Source: a virus. From it: a stretch of 24,552 nucleotides of DNA. Where the stretch lies: the UHGV virus genome UHGV-1720524. One strand, written 5' to 3'. Both the position numbers and the translations under genes were made by a program. Every line of letters begins with the position of its first letter. The stretch's first letter is position 1. The notes under the pieces were generated by a model. The model searched no databases, was not told the DNA's origin, and saw nothing but the letters and a program-made list of their open reading frames with translations. Shown here piece after piece: positions 16,116-24,552 of this stretch.

Positions 16116-16200
16116 AGTCAGAGATAACAATCAACTAATACTGTTTTGTTGATTTTTGCTTGTAATTGGCGTTCTGGTCTGAGTTTTGTGGAGTAAGTTG

Positions 16201-16584
16201 ATGCGTGATATTCAGATGGTTCTTGAGCGTTGGGGAGCGTGGGCGGCTAATAATCATGAAGATGTGACCTGGTCGTCCATTGCCGCCGGTTTTAAGGGAT
16301 TAATTCCTTCAAAAGTAAAATCTCGCCCACAATGTTGTGACGATGACGCGATGATCATTTGCGGGTGCATGGCCCGTCTGAAAAAGAACAACAGCGATTT
16401 GCACGATTTATTAGTAGATTATTATGTAGTCGGTATGACATTCATGTCACTGGCAGGTAAGCATTGCTGCTCTGATGGTTATATCGGGAAAAGGTTACAA
16501 AAGGCTGAGGGCATAATTGAAGGGATGTTAATGGCATTAGATATCCGGTTAGAGATGGATATCGTTGTTAATAACTCTAATTAA
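16201..16584 (+). CDS. quuD: Late-gene antiterminator Q (QuuD/phage 82 type), 127 aa from [11 protein letters not shown]
   Basis: [71 protein letters not shown]... matches DLP12 QuuD as recalled; the track ORF starts 15 nt earlier. Confidence 0.85.
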   Translation: MRDIQMVLERWGAWAANNHEDVTWSSIAAGFKGLIPSKVKSRPQCCDDDAMIICGCMARLKKNNSDLHDLLVDYYVVGMTFMSLAGKHCCSDGYIGKRLQKAEGIIEGMLMALDIRLEMDIVVNNSN

Positions 16585-16606
16585 TACGCCAATTATTTAC
16601 TAAAAG

Positions 16607-16772
16607 TTATTAAAAATGGGGCGTTGAAACGCCCCCAAAAATAAAGGGTAATATATAACAGAAGGTTTGTATAGTTAGAAGCAAGGTTGTGCTTCTAAAG
16701 GAAGTGGCTTGAGGGAGCCACTTATATGTTGGGGAGGCAAAGCCTCCCACAACATATCTTTTAGTAATCAAA
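16607..16772 (-). ncRNA. ipeX: Candidate IpeX-like small RNA / structured 3' UTR of the porin gene (four consecutive stem-loops ending in an intrinsic terminator)
   Basis: On the minus strand after the porin stop: hairpins at 16724-16757 (ATATGTTGGGGAGGC/GCCTCCCACAACATAT), 16704-16721, 16677-16696, then GGGGCG-TTGAAA-CGCCCC (16618-16635) followed by a U-run. In DLP12 the IpeX sRNA is reported at the 3' end of nmpC; that recollection was not verified here. Confidence 0.35.
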
Positions 16773-17855
16773 TTAGAACTGGTAAACCATACCTACAGCA
16801 ACGATATCATCGGTAGCAACGCCAGATGCTTTCGTGAAATCGCTCTTATCAATCAGGTTGATTTTGTAGTCAACAAAAGTGGACATATTTTTGTTGAAGT
16901 AATAGGTTGCACCTACATCAACATATTCAACCAGGTCCTGATCACCCCAAACACCCAAGTCTTTTCCTTTAGAATGCAGGTAAGCAACGGATGGACGCAG
17001 GCCGAAGTCGAACTGATATTGTGCAACAGCTTCGAAGTTTTGTGCTTTGTTGGCAATATGGTTATTACCAAAAACAGTCATGTTCTGGGTTTCAGAATAG
17101 GTGGTGGCCAGATAGATGTTGTTCGCATCATATTTCAGACCAGCTGCCCATACTTCAGCATTTTGACCAGAAGCATTCAGACCGTTGTTACCGTAGATAA
17201 CCTGATTATTAGTGCGATCAGATTTAGCATAGGTTGCACCCACGCCGAATCCTTCATACTCATAAGTAGTTGAGAAACCGAAACCATCGCCATTAGCTTC
17301 AGTTACTTCATTTCGGTCATTTTTGCCCTGATACTGAGCTGCAAAGTTCAGGCCATCAACCAGACCAAAGAAGTCGTTGTTACGATAAGTTGCAACACCT
17401 GTGGTGCGACCAGTCATGAATACATCTGTTTGGGTCCAGGTATCGCCACCGAATTCTGGCAGAACGTCAGTCCACGCACCGATGTCGTATGCTACACCGT
17501 AGTTACGGCCGTAATCGATTGAGCCGTAGTCACCGAATTTCAGGCCTGCAAATGCAAGACGGGTTTTGTCTTTGGAGGAACCTTGAGATTCAGCGCGGTT
17601 GCCTTTGAATTCATATTCCCACTGACCGAAACCAGTCAGTTGATCGTTGATTTGGGTTTCACCTTTGAAGCCAAGACGGGCATAAGTAGTATCACCATCA
17701 TCTGCATCATTAGAGGAGAAGTAGTGCTTAGCATTAACTTTCCCGTACAGATCCAGCTTGTTACTGTCTTTATTATAAATTTCAGCTGCCTGAGCAGACA
17801 TCGCCATCAGTACTGATGCAGCTACAGCAGAAATTGCCACTGTTAATTTTTTCAT
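16773..17855 (-). CDS. nmpC: Outer-membrane general porin (OmpC/OmpF family; phage-borne NmpC/Lc type), 360 aa, apparently intact
   Basis: Signal peptide [30 protein letters not shown]...LDLYGK start, and C-terminal ...VAVGMVYQF typical of enterobacterial porins; located between Q and the holin on the opposite strand as in DLP12/PA-2. Confidence 0.9.
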   Translation of the reverse strand: MKKLTVAISAVAASVLMAMSAQAAEIYNKDSNKLDLYGKVNAKHYFSSNDADDGDTTYARLGFKGETQINDQLTGFGQWEYEFKGNRAESQGSSKDKTRLAFAGLKFGDYGSIDYGRNYGVAYDIGAWTDVLPEFGGDTWTQTDVFMTGRTTGVATYRNNDFFGLVDGLNFAAQYQGKNDRNEVTEANGDGFGFSTTYEYEGFGVGATYAKSDRTNNQVIYGNNGLNASGQNAEVWAAGLKYDANNIYLATTYSETQNMTVFGNNHIANKAQNFEAVAQYQFDFGLRPSVAYLHSKGKDLGVWGDQDLVEYVDVGATYYFNKNMSTFVDYKINLIDKSDFTKASGVATDDIVAVGMVYQF

Positions 17856-18427
17856 CGTGAGCCCTTTTTTTTGAACTATTATTAAAAAATGATGTCACTG
17901 CGCGATAAATATTCATCTAATCAATATGATTATTTCAAGATGTAAGTTTTGGTTTCTCGTTTGATTTGTGAAGTAGATCTCTATTTTTATCTGAACTTTT
18001 TCTATCGAATCCTATTCATGGCTCTTGGCTGAATAAAAATAAATCTATTAGCCAATTTATATTAACGGTTGTTATTTATAAGTGCTCTATGATTTGAAGG
18101 TTCAATTTAAATCGGCTAAAAATAACACTGGGAATTATTTGTTGGTTATTTGTTGAGATTTGCTTATGTATTTGTGGTGGTGTTTTCAATACTCGGTAGC
18201 ATTCTCGCAAATATCATTTAGTGGTTTACGTACGTAAAAAATTGGTTATGCTGTTAAGAGTGGTTACTTCGTCACACAGCTTAAACCCGCCGTCGAGTGG
18301 GTTTTTCCATTTTTTGAGTCTCGATATTAGCTGATAACCCAATACCTGAGTTATTCACTGACTCCGAGTCTGTTACGTTTCGTAGTATTCCCTCAATTTA
18401 CACCCGCTTTGTCTGCGAGGTGGGGTT
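17856..18427. promoter_or_regulatory. Long AT-rich intergenic region upstream of the porin gene and of the holin (porin promoter/regulatory region; late transcripts must cross it)
   Basis: About 570 bp non-coding and strongly AT-rich; contains a hairpin with T-run at about 18282-18312 on the plus strand. Confidence 0.4.
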
Positions 18428-18643
18428 ATGAAATCCATGGATAAGTTAACAACGGGTGTCGCCTATGGCACCTCAGCAGGTAGTGCCGGTTACTGGTTTT
18501 TACAGCTGCTCGATAAAGTCACGCCCTCACAGTGGGCAGCAATAGGTGTGCTGGGTAGCCTGGTATTTGGCCTGCTGACGTACCTGACAAACCTTTATTT
18601 CAAGATTAAAGAAGATAAGCGCAAGGCTGCGAGAGGTGAATAA
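18428..18643 (+). CDS. S: Class II holin, S21 family (71 aa, dual-start motif MKSMDK)
   Basis: [71 protein letters not shown] matches phage 21 S / EssD as recalled. Confidence 0.9.
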
Positions 18644-19140
18644 TGCCTCCATCATTACGAAAAGCCGTTGCTGCTGCTATTGGTGGCGGAGCAATTGCTA
18701 TAGCATCAGTGTTAATCACTGGCCCAAGTGGTAACGATGGTCTGGAAGGTGTCAGCTACATACCATACAAAGATATTGTTGGTGTATGGACTGTATGTCA
18801 CGGGCATACAGGAAAAGACATCATGCTCGGTAAAACGTATACCAAAGCAGAATGCAAAGCCCTCCTGAATAAAGACCTTGCCACGGTCGCCAGACAAATT
18901 AACCCGTACATAAAAGTTGATATACCGGAAACAACGCGCGGCGCTCTTTACTTGTTCGTTTACAACGTGGGCGCTGGCAATTTCAGAACATCGACGCTTC
19001 TTCGCAAAATAAACCAGGGCGATATCAAAGGCGCATGTGATCAGCTACGTCGCTGGACATATGCTGGCGGTAAGCAATGGAAAGGTCTCATGACTCGTCG
19101 TGAGATTGAGCGTGAAATCTGTTTGTGGGGTCAGCAATGA
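18643..19140 (+). CDS. R: SAR endolysin (phage 21 R type lysozyme), 165 aa
   Basis: N-terminal signal-anchor-release segment [20 protein letters not shown] followed by a lysozyme-like domain ([11 protein letters not shown]...); start overlaps the holin stop. Confidence 0.88.
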   Translation: MPPSLRKAVAAAIGGGAIAIASVLITGPSGNDGLEGVSYIPYKDIVGVWTVCHGHTGKDIMLGKTYTKAECKALLNKDLATVARQINPYIKVDIPETTRGALYLFVYNVGAGNFRTSTLLRKINQGDIKGACDQLRRWTYAGGKQWKGLMTRREIEREICLWGQQ

Positions 19141-19601
19141 ACAGAGTAACCGCGATTATCTCCGCTCTGGTTATCTGCATCATCGTTTGCCTGTCATGGG
19201 CTGTTAATCATTACCGTGATAACGCCATCGCCTACAAAGAACAGCGCGACAAAAATGCCAGAGAACTGAAGCTGGCGAACGCGGCAATTACTGACATGCA
19301 GATGCGTCAGCGTGATGTTGCTGCGCTCGATGCAAAATACACGAAGGAGTTAGCTGATGCGAAAGCTGAAAATGATGTTCTGCGTGATGATGTTGCCGCT
19401 GGTCGTCGTCGGTTGCACATCAAAGCAGTCTGTCAGTCAGTGCGTGAAGCCACCACCGCCTCCGGCGTGGATAATGCAGCCTCCCCCCGACTGGCAGACA
19501 CCGCTGAACGGGATTATTTCACCCTCCGGGAACGACTGGTAATGATGCAGGCCCAACTTGAAGGTGCTCAGCAATACATAACCGAGCAGTGTTTAAAGTA
19601 A
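19137..19601 (+). CDS. Rz: Inner-membrane spanin Rz (154 aa from MNRVTAII)
   Basis: [80 protein letters not shown]... matches lambda Rz. Confidence 0.9.
   Translation: MNRVTAIISALVICIIVCLSWAVNHYRDNAIAYKEQRDKNARELKLANAAITDMQMRQRDVAALDAKYTKELADAKAENDVLRDDVAAGRRRLHIKAVCQSVREATTASGVDNAASPRLADTAERDYFTLRERLVMMQAQLEGAQQYITEQCLK
19357..19542 (+). CDS. Rz1: Outer-membrane lipoprotein spanin Rz1, embedded in Rz in the +1 frame (61 aa)
   Basis: [53 protein letters not shown] with lipobox LVVVGC and proline-rich region, matching lambda Rz1. Confidence 0.88.
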   Translation: MRKLKMMFCVMMLPLVVVGCTSKQSVSQCVKPPPPPAWIMQPPPDWQTPLNGIISPSGNDW

Positions 19602-19738
19602 AATCTTAACTACAATATGATTCATTTTGATGATTGTTTCATAAGGAACAGTGAAGTAAGATCTAAGAGGAGTTAAATTTTATACAGTATAATCATAATA
19701 TTGCAGCAAGGTGGTTATAATTGAAAGAATATTTAGAT

Positions 19739-21196
19739 ATGAATACATCTCATGTAAGAGTTGTTACTCATATGTGTGGGTTCCTGGTTTGGCTCTATAG
19801 TCTTTCAATGTTGCCACCAATGGTTGTAGCATTGTTTTATAAAGAAAAAAGCCTGTTCGTTTTCTTTATAACTTTCGTTATATTTTTTTGCATTGGTGGC
19901 GGAGCGTGGTATACAACTAAGAAATCTGGCATTCAATTACGTACCCGTGATGGGTTTATTATAATTGTAATGTTTTGGATTTTGTTTTCTGTTATTAGTG
20001 CATTCCCTTTATGGATTGACTCAGAACTTAATTTAACGTTCATTGATGCTCTGTTTGAAGGGGTTTCTGGAATAACAACAACAGGAGCAACTGTAATTGA
20101 TGATGTTAGTTCATTACCTCGGGCATATTTGTACTATCGGTCACAGTTAAATTTTATAGGTGGTTTAGGAGTTATTGTTCTGGCGGTTGCTGTATTGCCA
20201 TTATTGGGTATTGGTGGTGCAAAGCTTTATCAGTCAGAAATGCCGGGGCCATTTAAGGATGACAAACTCACTCCCCGCCTGGCCGATACGTCACGGACAC
20301 TGTGGATAACTTATTCTTTATTAGGTATTGCTTGTATTGTCTGTTATAGACTTGCAGGAATGCCTTTGTTTGATGCTATTTGTCACGGGATTTCCACAGT
20401 TTCGCTTGGTGGTTTCTCAACTCATAGCGAGAGTATCGGATATTTTAATAACTATTTGGTTGAGCTGGTGGCTGGTTCTTTTTCCCTGCTATCGGCTTTC
20501 AACTTCACTCTTTGGTATATTGTTATTAGCAGGAAAACGATAAAACCTTTAATCAGAGATATTGAACTTCGTTTCTTTCTGTTAATAGCCTTAGGGGTGA
20601 TCATTGTTACCTCTTTCCAGGTCTGGCATATAGGTATGTATGACTTGCATGGAAGTTTTATTCATTCGTTTTTTCTTGCCAGCTCCATGCTCACTGATAA
20701 TGGTTTAGCTACGCAGGATTATGCAAGTTGGCCCACGCACACGATAGTGTTTTTGCTGTTGTCAAGTTTCTTTGGGGGATGTATAGGTTCAACTTGTGGT
20801 GGAATTAAGTCACTTCGATTTCTTATACTTTTCAAACAAAGCAAACACGAGATAAATCAGCTTTCTCATCCCAGAGCGTTGTTGAGTGTAAATGTAGGAG
20901 GGAAGATAGTTACAGATCGTGTAATGAGGTCTGTATGGAGTTTCTTTTTTCTTTATACTCTCTTCACGGTGTTTTTTATACTGGTGTTAAATGGTATGGG
21001 ATATGATTTTCTTACATCATTTGCAACAGTGGCTGCATGTATTAATAATATGGGATTAGGTTTTGGGGCTACTGCATCGTCATTCGGAGTGCTTAATGAC
21101 ATTGCAAAATGTTTAATGTGCATAGCTATGATTCTTGGTCGCCTTGAAATTTATCCTGTTATTATATTGTTTTCAGGTTTTTTTTGGCGCTCCTAA
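19739..21196 (+). CDS. trkG: TrkG/TrkH-family K+ uptake membrane protein (485 aa from MNTSHVRVV), AT-rich moron
   Basis: Polytopic membrane protein matching Rac-prophage TrkG as recalled; low GC; preceded by an AT-rich region with TATAAT-like boxes. The track ORF starts at an upstream TTG. Confidence 0.88.
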   Translation: MNTSHVRVVTHMCGFLVWLYSLSMLPPMVVALFYKEKSLFVFFITFVIFFCIGGGAWYTTKKSGIQLRTRDGFIIIVMFWILFSVISAFPLWIDSELNLTFIDALFEGVSGITTTGATVIDDVSSLPRAYLYYRSQLNFIGGLGVIVLAVAVLPLLGIGGAKLYQSEMPGPFKDDKLTPRLADTSRTLWITYSLLGIACIVCYRLAGMPLFDAICHGISTVSLGGFSTHSESIGYFNNYLVELVAGSFSLLSAFNFTLWYIVISRKTIKPLIRDIELRFFLLIALGVIIVTSFQVWHIGMYDLHGSFIHSFFLASSMLTDNGLATQDYASWPTHTIVFLLLSSFFGGCIGSTCGGIKSLRFLILFKQSKHEINQLSHPRALLSVNVGGKIVTDRVMRSVWSFFFLYTLFTVFFILVLNGMGYDFLTSFATVAACINNMGLGFGATASSFGVLNDIAKCLMCIAMILGRLEIYPVIILFSGFFWRS

Positions 21197-21282
21197 TATA
21201 TGGCTGATTTATAATTGTGAGTTTAATATTATGTTGACTCACTCATTGATCCAATACCTAACTTTACCAGCAACCCCTCCGT

Positions 21283-21315
21283 CCCCAGTAGCACTGGCTG
21301 CTGGGGTGCGTTTTA
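21283..21315 (+). terminator. Intrinsic terminator downstream of trkG
   Basis: CCCCAGTAGC-ACTG-GCTGCTGGGG (one mismatch) followed by TGCGTTTTATT. Confidence 0.5.
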
Positions 21316-21333
21316 TTCATAAAGCAAGGCTGT

Positions 21334-22125
21334 ATGAGCGAGAAATTAAAGATAGTCTATCGCCCATTACAAGAATTGTCACCGTATGCGCACAACGCCA
21401 GGACGCACAGCCCTGAGCAGGTGGCACAACTGGTAGAAAGTATTAAGCAATTCGGCTGGACTAATCCGGTGCTGATTGACGAAAAGGGCGAAATTATTGC
21501 GGGTCACGGTCGTGTTATGGCGGCTGAAATGCTCAAAATGGATTCTGTTCCGGTCATTGTTCTGTCTGGCCTGACGGATGAGCAGAAAAAGGCGTACCGC
21601 CTGGCAGATAATCGCCTGCCGATGAATGCTGGCTGGGATGAAGATCTGTTGCGGATGGAGCTGTCGGACCTAATCAATGCTGATTTTGATGTCTCCCTGA
21701 CAGGCTTCATCCCGACAGAAATTGATGAACTGTTGACGGATGTTTTGCCCGGTACAGGAAATGAGGAGGAGCCGTATACGACGAAAATTGATACGCCTGT
21801 TTATGAGCCGTCGGGCGGTAAACCGGATATCAGTGAACTGTACGACGATACGAAAACTCAGGAGCTGATCAGCCGGATACGTTCGGCGTCCCTTGAGCCT
21901 GATATTGAGAAATTCCTCCTGTGTGCGGCAGAACGTCACACGGTGTTTAATTTCAGCAGAATTGCGGACTATTACGCTCACGCCCCCTCTGAAATTCAGT
22001 GTTTTTTCGAGGAGTCGGCGCTGGTGATCATTGATTATCAGCAGGCTATTGAAAATGGATTTGTCCGGATGACGCAGCGCATGGTGGAGATCATGCATGG
22101 TGGTGAGGAGGAGGAATATGCGTGA
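21334..22125 (+). CDS. ParB-like nuclease-domain protein (263 aa)
   Basis: N-terminal L.ELSPYAHNARTHS...PVLID.KGEIIAGHGRVMAA resembles the ParB/Srx N-terminal domain (GHxR motif); acidic C-terminal tail. Confidence 0.6.
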   Translation: MSEKLKIVYRPLQELSPYAHNARTHSPEQVAQLVESIKQFGWTNPVLIDEKGEIIAGHGRVMAAEMLKMDSVPVIVLSGLTDEQKKAYRLADNRLPMNAGWDEDLLRMELSDLINADFDVSLTGFIPTEIDELLTDVLPGTGNEEEPYTTKIDTPVYEPSGGKPDISELYDDTKTQELISRIRSASLEPDIEKFLLCAAERHTVFNFSRIADYYAHAPSEIQCFFEESALVIIDYQQAIENGFVRMTQRMVEIMHGGEEEEYA

Positions 22126-23050
22126 TGATTTTTGCGCCTTTATTCTGACTCACGGGCGACCGGACAAAGTTCTGACTTACCGGACGTTGCGTCGTGCTGG
22201 CTATACCGGGAAAATTTTTATCGTTGTTGATGATGAAGATAAGACACGGAATCAGTACATGGCTGAATTTGGTGAACAGGTGCTGGTGTTTTCCAAAGCC
22301 GATATCGCCAGTCGTTTTGACGAAGCCGATAATTTCTGTGACCGCCGCTCAATTTTTTACGCCCGTAATGCCTGTTTCGACCTGGCAAAACTGGTCGGGT
22401 GTAAATACTTCATTCAGCTCGATGATGATTATCACGAGTTCCAGTTTCGGGTGGATCGCAACTATGACCAGGCCTATTTTCCGATAAGGAAACTGGATGC
22501 GATCCTTTCTGAAATGCTGGCGTACTACGAATCAATACCTGCTCTTTCCATCGCTATGTCGCAGGGCGGGGATTTTCTTGGTGACAATGGCGGCCATGCT
22601 TCGTGGGTGAAACGCAAGGCAATGAACAGCTTTATCTGTTCGGTTGATCGACCGTTCTCATTCATGGGGCGCATTAACGAGGATGTGAATACGTACACGA
22701 ATCTCGGTCGCTGTGGTGAATTGTTTATGACGATCGGTGCTGTCCAGTTAGGGCAGAAACAGACGCAGAAAAACAGCGGCGGAATGACCGAGCTGTATCT
22801 GGATTCCGGAACCTACGTTAAAAGTTTTTACTCCGTCATGTATGCGCCGTCGTGCGTAAAAATCTCACTGATGGGTGCCAGCCATAAACGCATTCACCAT
22901 CAGGTCACCTGGAACAACGCTGCAGTAAAAATCCTTCACGAAAAATACAGGAAGAAGACACCCTGCATATCAATGGGGATGACAAATGATTCCGTATTCG
23001 AAAGTCGAGTCTCTGGCAGCGTGCCGGATGACTGCACAACAAATCGCTGA
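22118..23050 (+). CDS. Protein of unknown function with Rossmann-like N-terminus and DxD-type motif (FIQLDDDYHEF); possible GT-A-like transferase (310 aa from MRDDF)
   Basis: Beta-alpha-beta pattern FCAFILTHGRPDKVLTYRTLRRAGYTGKIFIVVDDED and later DDD motif; GAGGAGGAGG Shine-Dalgarno before the MRDDF start; overlaps the ParB-like stop by 8 nt. Family assignment is speculative. Confidence 0.45.
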   Translation: MRDDFCAFILTHGRPDKVLTYRTLRRAGYTGKIFIVVDDEDKTRNQYMAEFGEQVLVFSKADIASRFDEADNFCDRRSIFYARNACFDLAKLVGCKYFIQLDDDYHEFQFRVDRNYDQAYFPIRKLDAILSEMLAYYESIPALSIAMSQGGDFLGDNGGHASWVKRKAMNSFICSVDRPFSFMGRINEDVNTYTNLGRCGELFMTIGAVQLGQKQTQKNSGGMTELYLDSGTYVKSFYSVMYAPSCVKISLMGASHKRIHHQVTWNNAAVKILHEKYRKKTPCISMGMTNDSVFESRVSGSVPDDCTTNR

Positions 23051-23237
23051 CGTTCTGGATGTTGATCTGAACCGACTGAAAGAAAATCGGGAAGCAATGA
23101 CAGATTTTTATGCGGCCATCCGTAAGGGCAGAGCGAAAGGTGAAGCCGAGTTACGAGCGGCATTGTTTAAGCTTGCCAGAAAAGGGGATGCCTTTGCTCT
23201 GCGCGAACTACTCAGGGTGGATAAAAATCAGGACTAA
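22986..23237 (+). CDS. Small helical protein upstream of terminase (83 aa; alternative start MTAQQIADVL at 23027)
   Basis: ORF ending 4 nt before the TerS start; function not recognised. Confidence 0.4.
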   Translation: MIPYSKVESLAACRMTAQQIADVLDVDLNRLKENREAMTDFYAAIRKGRAKGEAELRAALFKLARKGDAFALRELLRVDKNQD

Positions 23238-23240
23238 CTG

Positions 23241-24335
23241 ATGAGCAGACCGGACTGGGGGGCGTTGCAGCAGGAGTATATTGCTGAATACACCCGCTCC
23301 GGTATATCTCCGGTGGCATGGTGTGAAGCAAGGGGACTGAATTACGCAACAGCCCGTCGTTACATCAAAAAAACTCCGAAAAATGCGCAGACAGAAATGT
23401 GCAAAACTGCGCAAAAAAGTGCGCAGAAAAAATCTGCGCAGACTGCACAAAAGCGGAACGAAAAATCTCAGGAAAAAAAGCCAGTATTCGATGCGGGCCT
23501 GAATGAGGGCGACGCGGAGGAATTTTCGTTCTGTCCCGATGAATTCGGCATTTCTGACCAGCAGGCTAAGTTTGCGATGCTTGTTGCTCAGGGTAAAAAG
23601 CCGACAGAGGCGTACCGACTAGCCGGTTATGAGGGGCAAGGTGCGACAGCTAACAGCAACGCCAGTCGTATGCTTAGAAATGCCAGGGTTTTTCGCGCTA
23701 TCAGCTACTTCCGCAATCAGTACCAGAAACGCTATACCGCAGACCTGGATTTACTAGTGAGTCAGTTGATGGCTATTGTCCTGGCCGACCCCAATCAGCT
23801 TGCACAATTTCGCCGTGTTAACTGCCGTTATTGCTGGGGCGAGAATCATCTCTACCAGTGGCGCGATATAGCAGAATTCGACAAGGCAGCGGCGCAGGCT
23901 TCCAGAGATGGCAAACCCGAACCGGAATATGGAGGCCTCGGCTTTGTTGATAACGCCATACCCAATCCGGACTGCCCGAAGTGCTGCGGTGAGGGAACGG
24001 GACAGCTTTATATGGCTGATACCACTCTGCTTGATGGGGATGCGCGGCAATTATATGCAGGGGCAAAATTCGGAAAATTCGGCGTTGAGATCCTGCTGGA
24101 GGATAAGGCTGCCGCCCGGCGTGAATTGTTGCGTTTGTTTTCTGCTGGCGGGGCTTTATGTGCAGATAAACGGCTACAGGAACTGGAAATTGAACGGCGC
24201 AGAATGGAAAACCAGAAGCTGCGCAAAGAGATCGAAACGGTGGAAGATAATGAACATCCCCAGCCTGTGGCGATCAATATTAATGTGGTTGATGCCAGAG
24301 TAAGGAGTGATGAAGATGATCTCTCCGACGCTTAA
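23241..24335 (+). CDS. Terminase small subunit (Terminase_2-like core with N-terminal extension), 364 aa
   Basis: FAMLVAQGKKPTEAYRLAGYEG...ANSNASRMLRNARVFRAISYF resembles the terminase small-subunit family signature; immediately precedes a Walker-A ORF. Confidence 0.7.
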   Translation: MSRPDWGALQQEYIAEYTRSGISPVAWCEARGLNYATARRYIKKTPKNAQTEMCKTAQKSAQKKSAQTAQKRNEKSQEKKPVFDAGLNEGDAEEFSFCPDEFGISDQQAKFAMLVAQGKKPTEAYRLAGYEGQGATANSNASRMLRNARVFRAISYFRNQYQKRYTADLDLLVSQLMAIVLADPNQLAQFRRVNCRYCWGENHLYQWRDIAEFDKAAAQASRDGKPEPEYGGLGFVDNAIPNPDCPKCCGEGTGQLYMADTTLLDGDARQLYAGAKFGKFGVEILLEDKAAARRELLRLFSAGGALCADKRLQELEIERRRMENQKLRKEIETVEDNEHPQPVAININVVDARVRSDEDDLSDA

Positions 24336-24468
24336 TGTGCCTCAGGCGCGATTTCTTTCAATGCCCCATAAATTTAAAGCCTATATTGCTGGTTTTGGCT
24401 CGGGCAAAACATGGGTTGGGTGTGGCGGCATATGCAAGGGGATTTGGGAGCATCCAGGTATAAATCAG
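24316..24468 (+). pseudogene. Terminase large subunit, N-terminal fragment only (Walker A GFGSGKT), interrupted by IS1
   Basis: Hand translation MISPTLNVPQARFLSMPHKFKAYIAGFGSGKTWVGCGGICKGIWEHPGINQG then stop; the reading frame runs straight into the IS1 terminal inverted repeat at 24469. Confidence 0.7.
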
Positions 24469-24552
24469 GGGTAGTGACTCCAACTTACTGATAGTGCTTT
24501 ATGTTCAGATAATGCCCGATGACCTTGTCATGCAGCTCCACCGATTTTGAGA
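24469..24552 (-). mobile_element. IS1: IS1 end (terminal inverted repeat plus 3' end of insB), element continues beyond the window
   Basis: GGTAGTGACTCCAACTTACTGATAGTGCTTTATGTTCAGATAATGCCCGATGACCTTGTCATGCAGCTCCACCGATTTTGAGA matches the IS1 terminus as recalled (a few mismatches to the copy I remember). Confidence 0.85.

Noticed and set aside
16618-16635. GGGGCG/CGCCCC hairpin considered as the plus-strand tR' terminator of the late operon
   Set aside because: On the plus strand it is followed by CAAAAA rather than a U-run; on the minus strand it is followed by a proper U-run, so it is annotated as the terminator of the porin / sRNA transcript.
16974-17816. Plus-strand ORFs antisense to the porin gene
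   Set aside because: The porin ORF is full length with signal peptide and conserved C-terminus; the antisense ORFs are short with no supporting features.
23208-24277. Minus- and plus-strand ORFs overlapping the terminase small-subunit gene
   Set aside because: They overlap a long ORF carrying a terminase small-subunit signature and have low-complexity, Ser/Arg-rich translations typical of out-of-frame reads.

Overview
The window is the left ~24.5 kb of a mosaic lambdoid prophage sitting at the E. coli lambda attachment site. All identifications below come from reading the six-frame translations and DNA by eye and matching them to protein families from memory; no database search was run. Bases 1-74 are host DNA, followed by attL (core GCTTTTTTATACTAA at 75-89 plus the lambda P' arm). 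Then, leftward-transcribed: int, xis, an accessory block (Ea8.5-like, DUF551-like, a TGT-like protein, Ea22-like, TraR-type zinc finger), exo-bet-gam, and a pL/OL module. The immunity region holds a CI-type repressor followed by two AT-rich genes in the position lambda uses for rexA/rexB, and this is the strongest candidate for an undescribed exclusion system. Rightward: a YdaS-type Cro, a YdaT-like protein in the cII slot, O with origin iterons, P, ren, a nin region (with a second Ea22-like/DUF551 pair and a membrane-protein moron), ninB, ninE-like, ybcO-like, rusA, ylcG-like and a QuuD-type Q. An intact porin gene (nmpC/lc type) lies on the opposite strand with a hairpin-rich 3' region, followed by S21-type holin, SAR endolysin, Rz/Rz1, a trkG moron, a ParB-like protein, a DxD-motif protein, and terminase small subunit. 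The terminase large subunit is cut after about 51 codons by an IS1 end that runs to the window edge, so the prophage is probably packaging-defective. No rRNA, tRNA or CRISPR array was seen.
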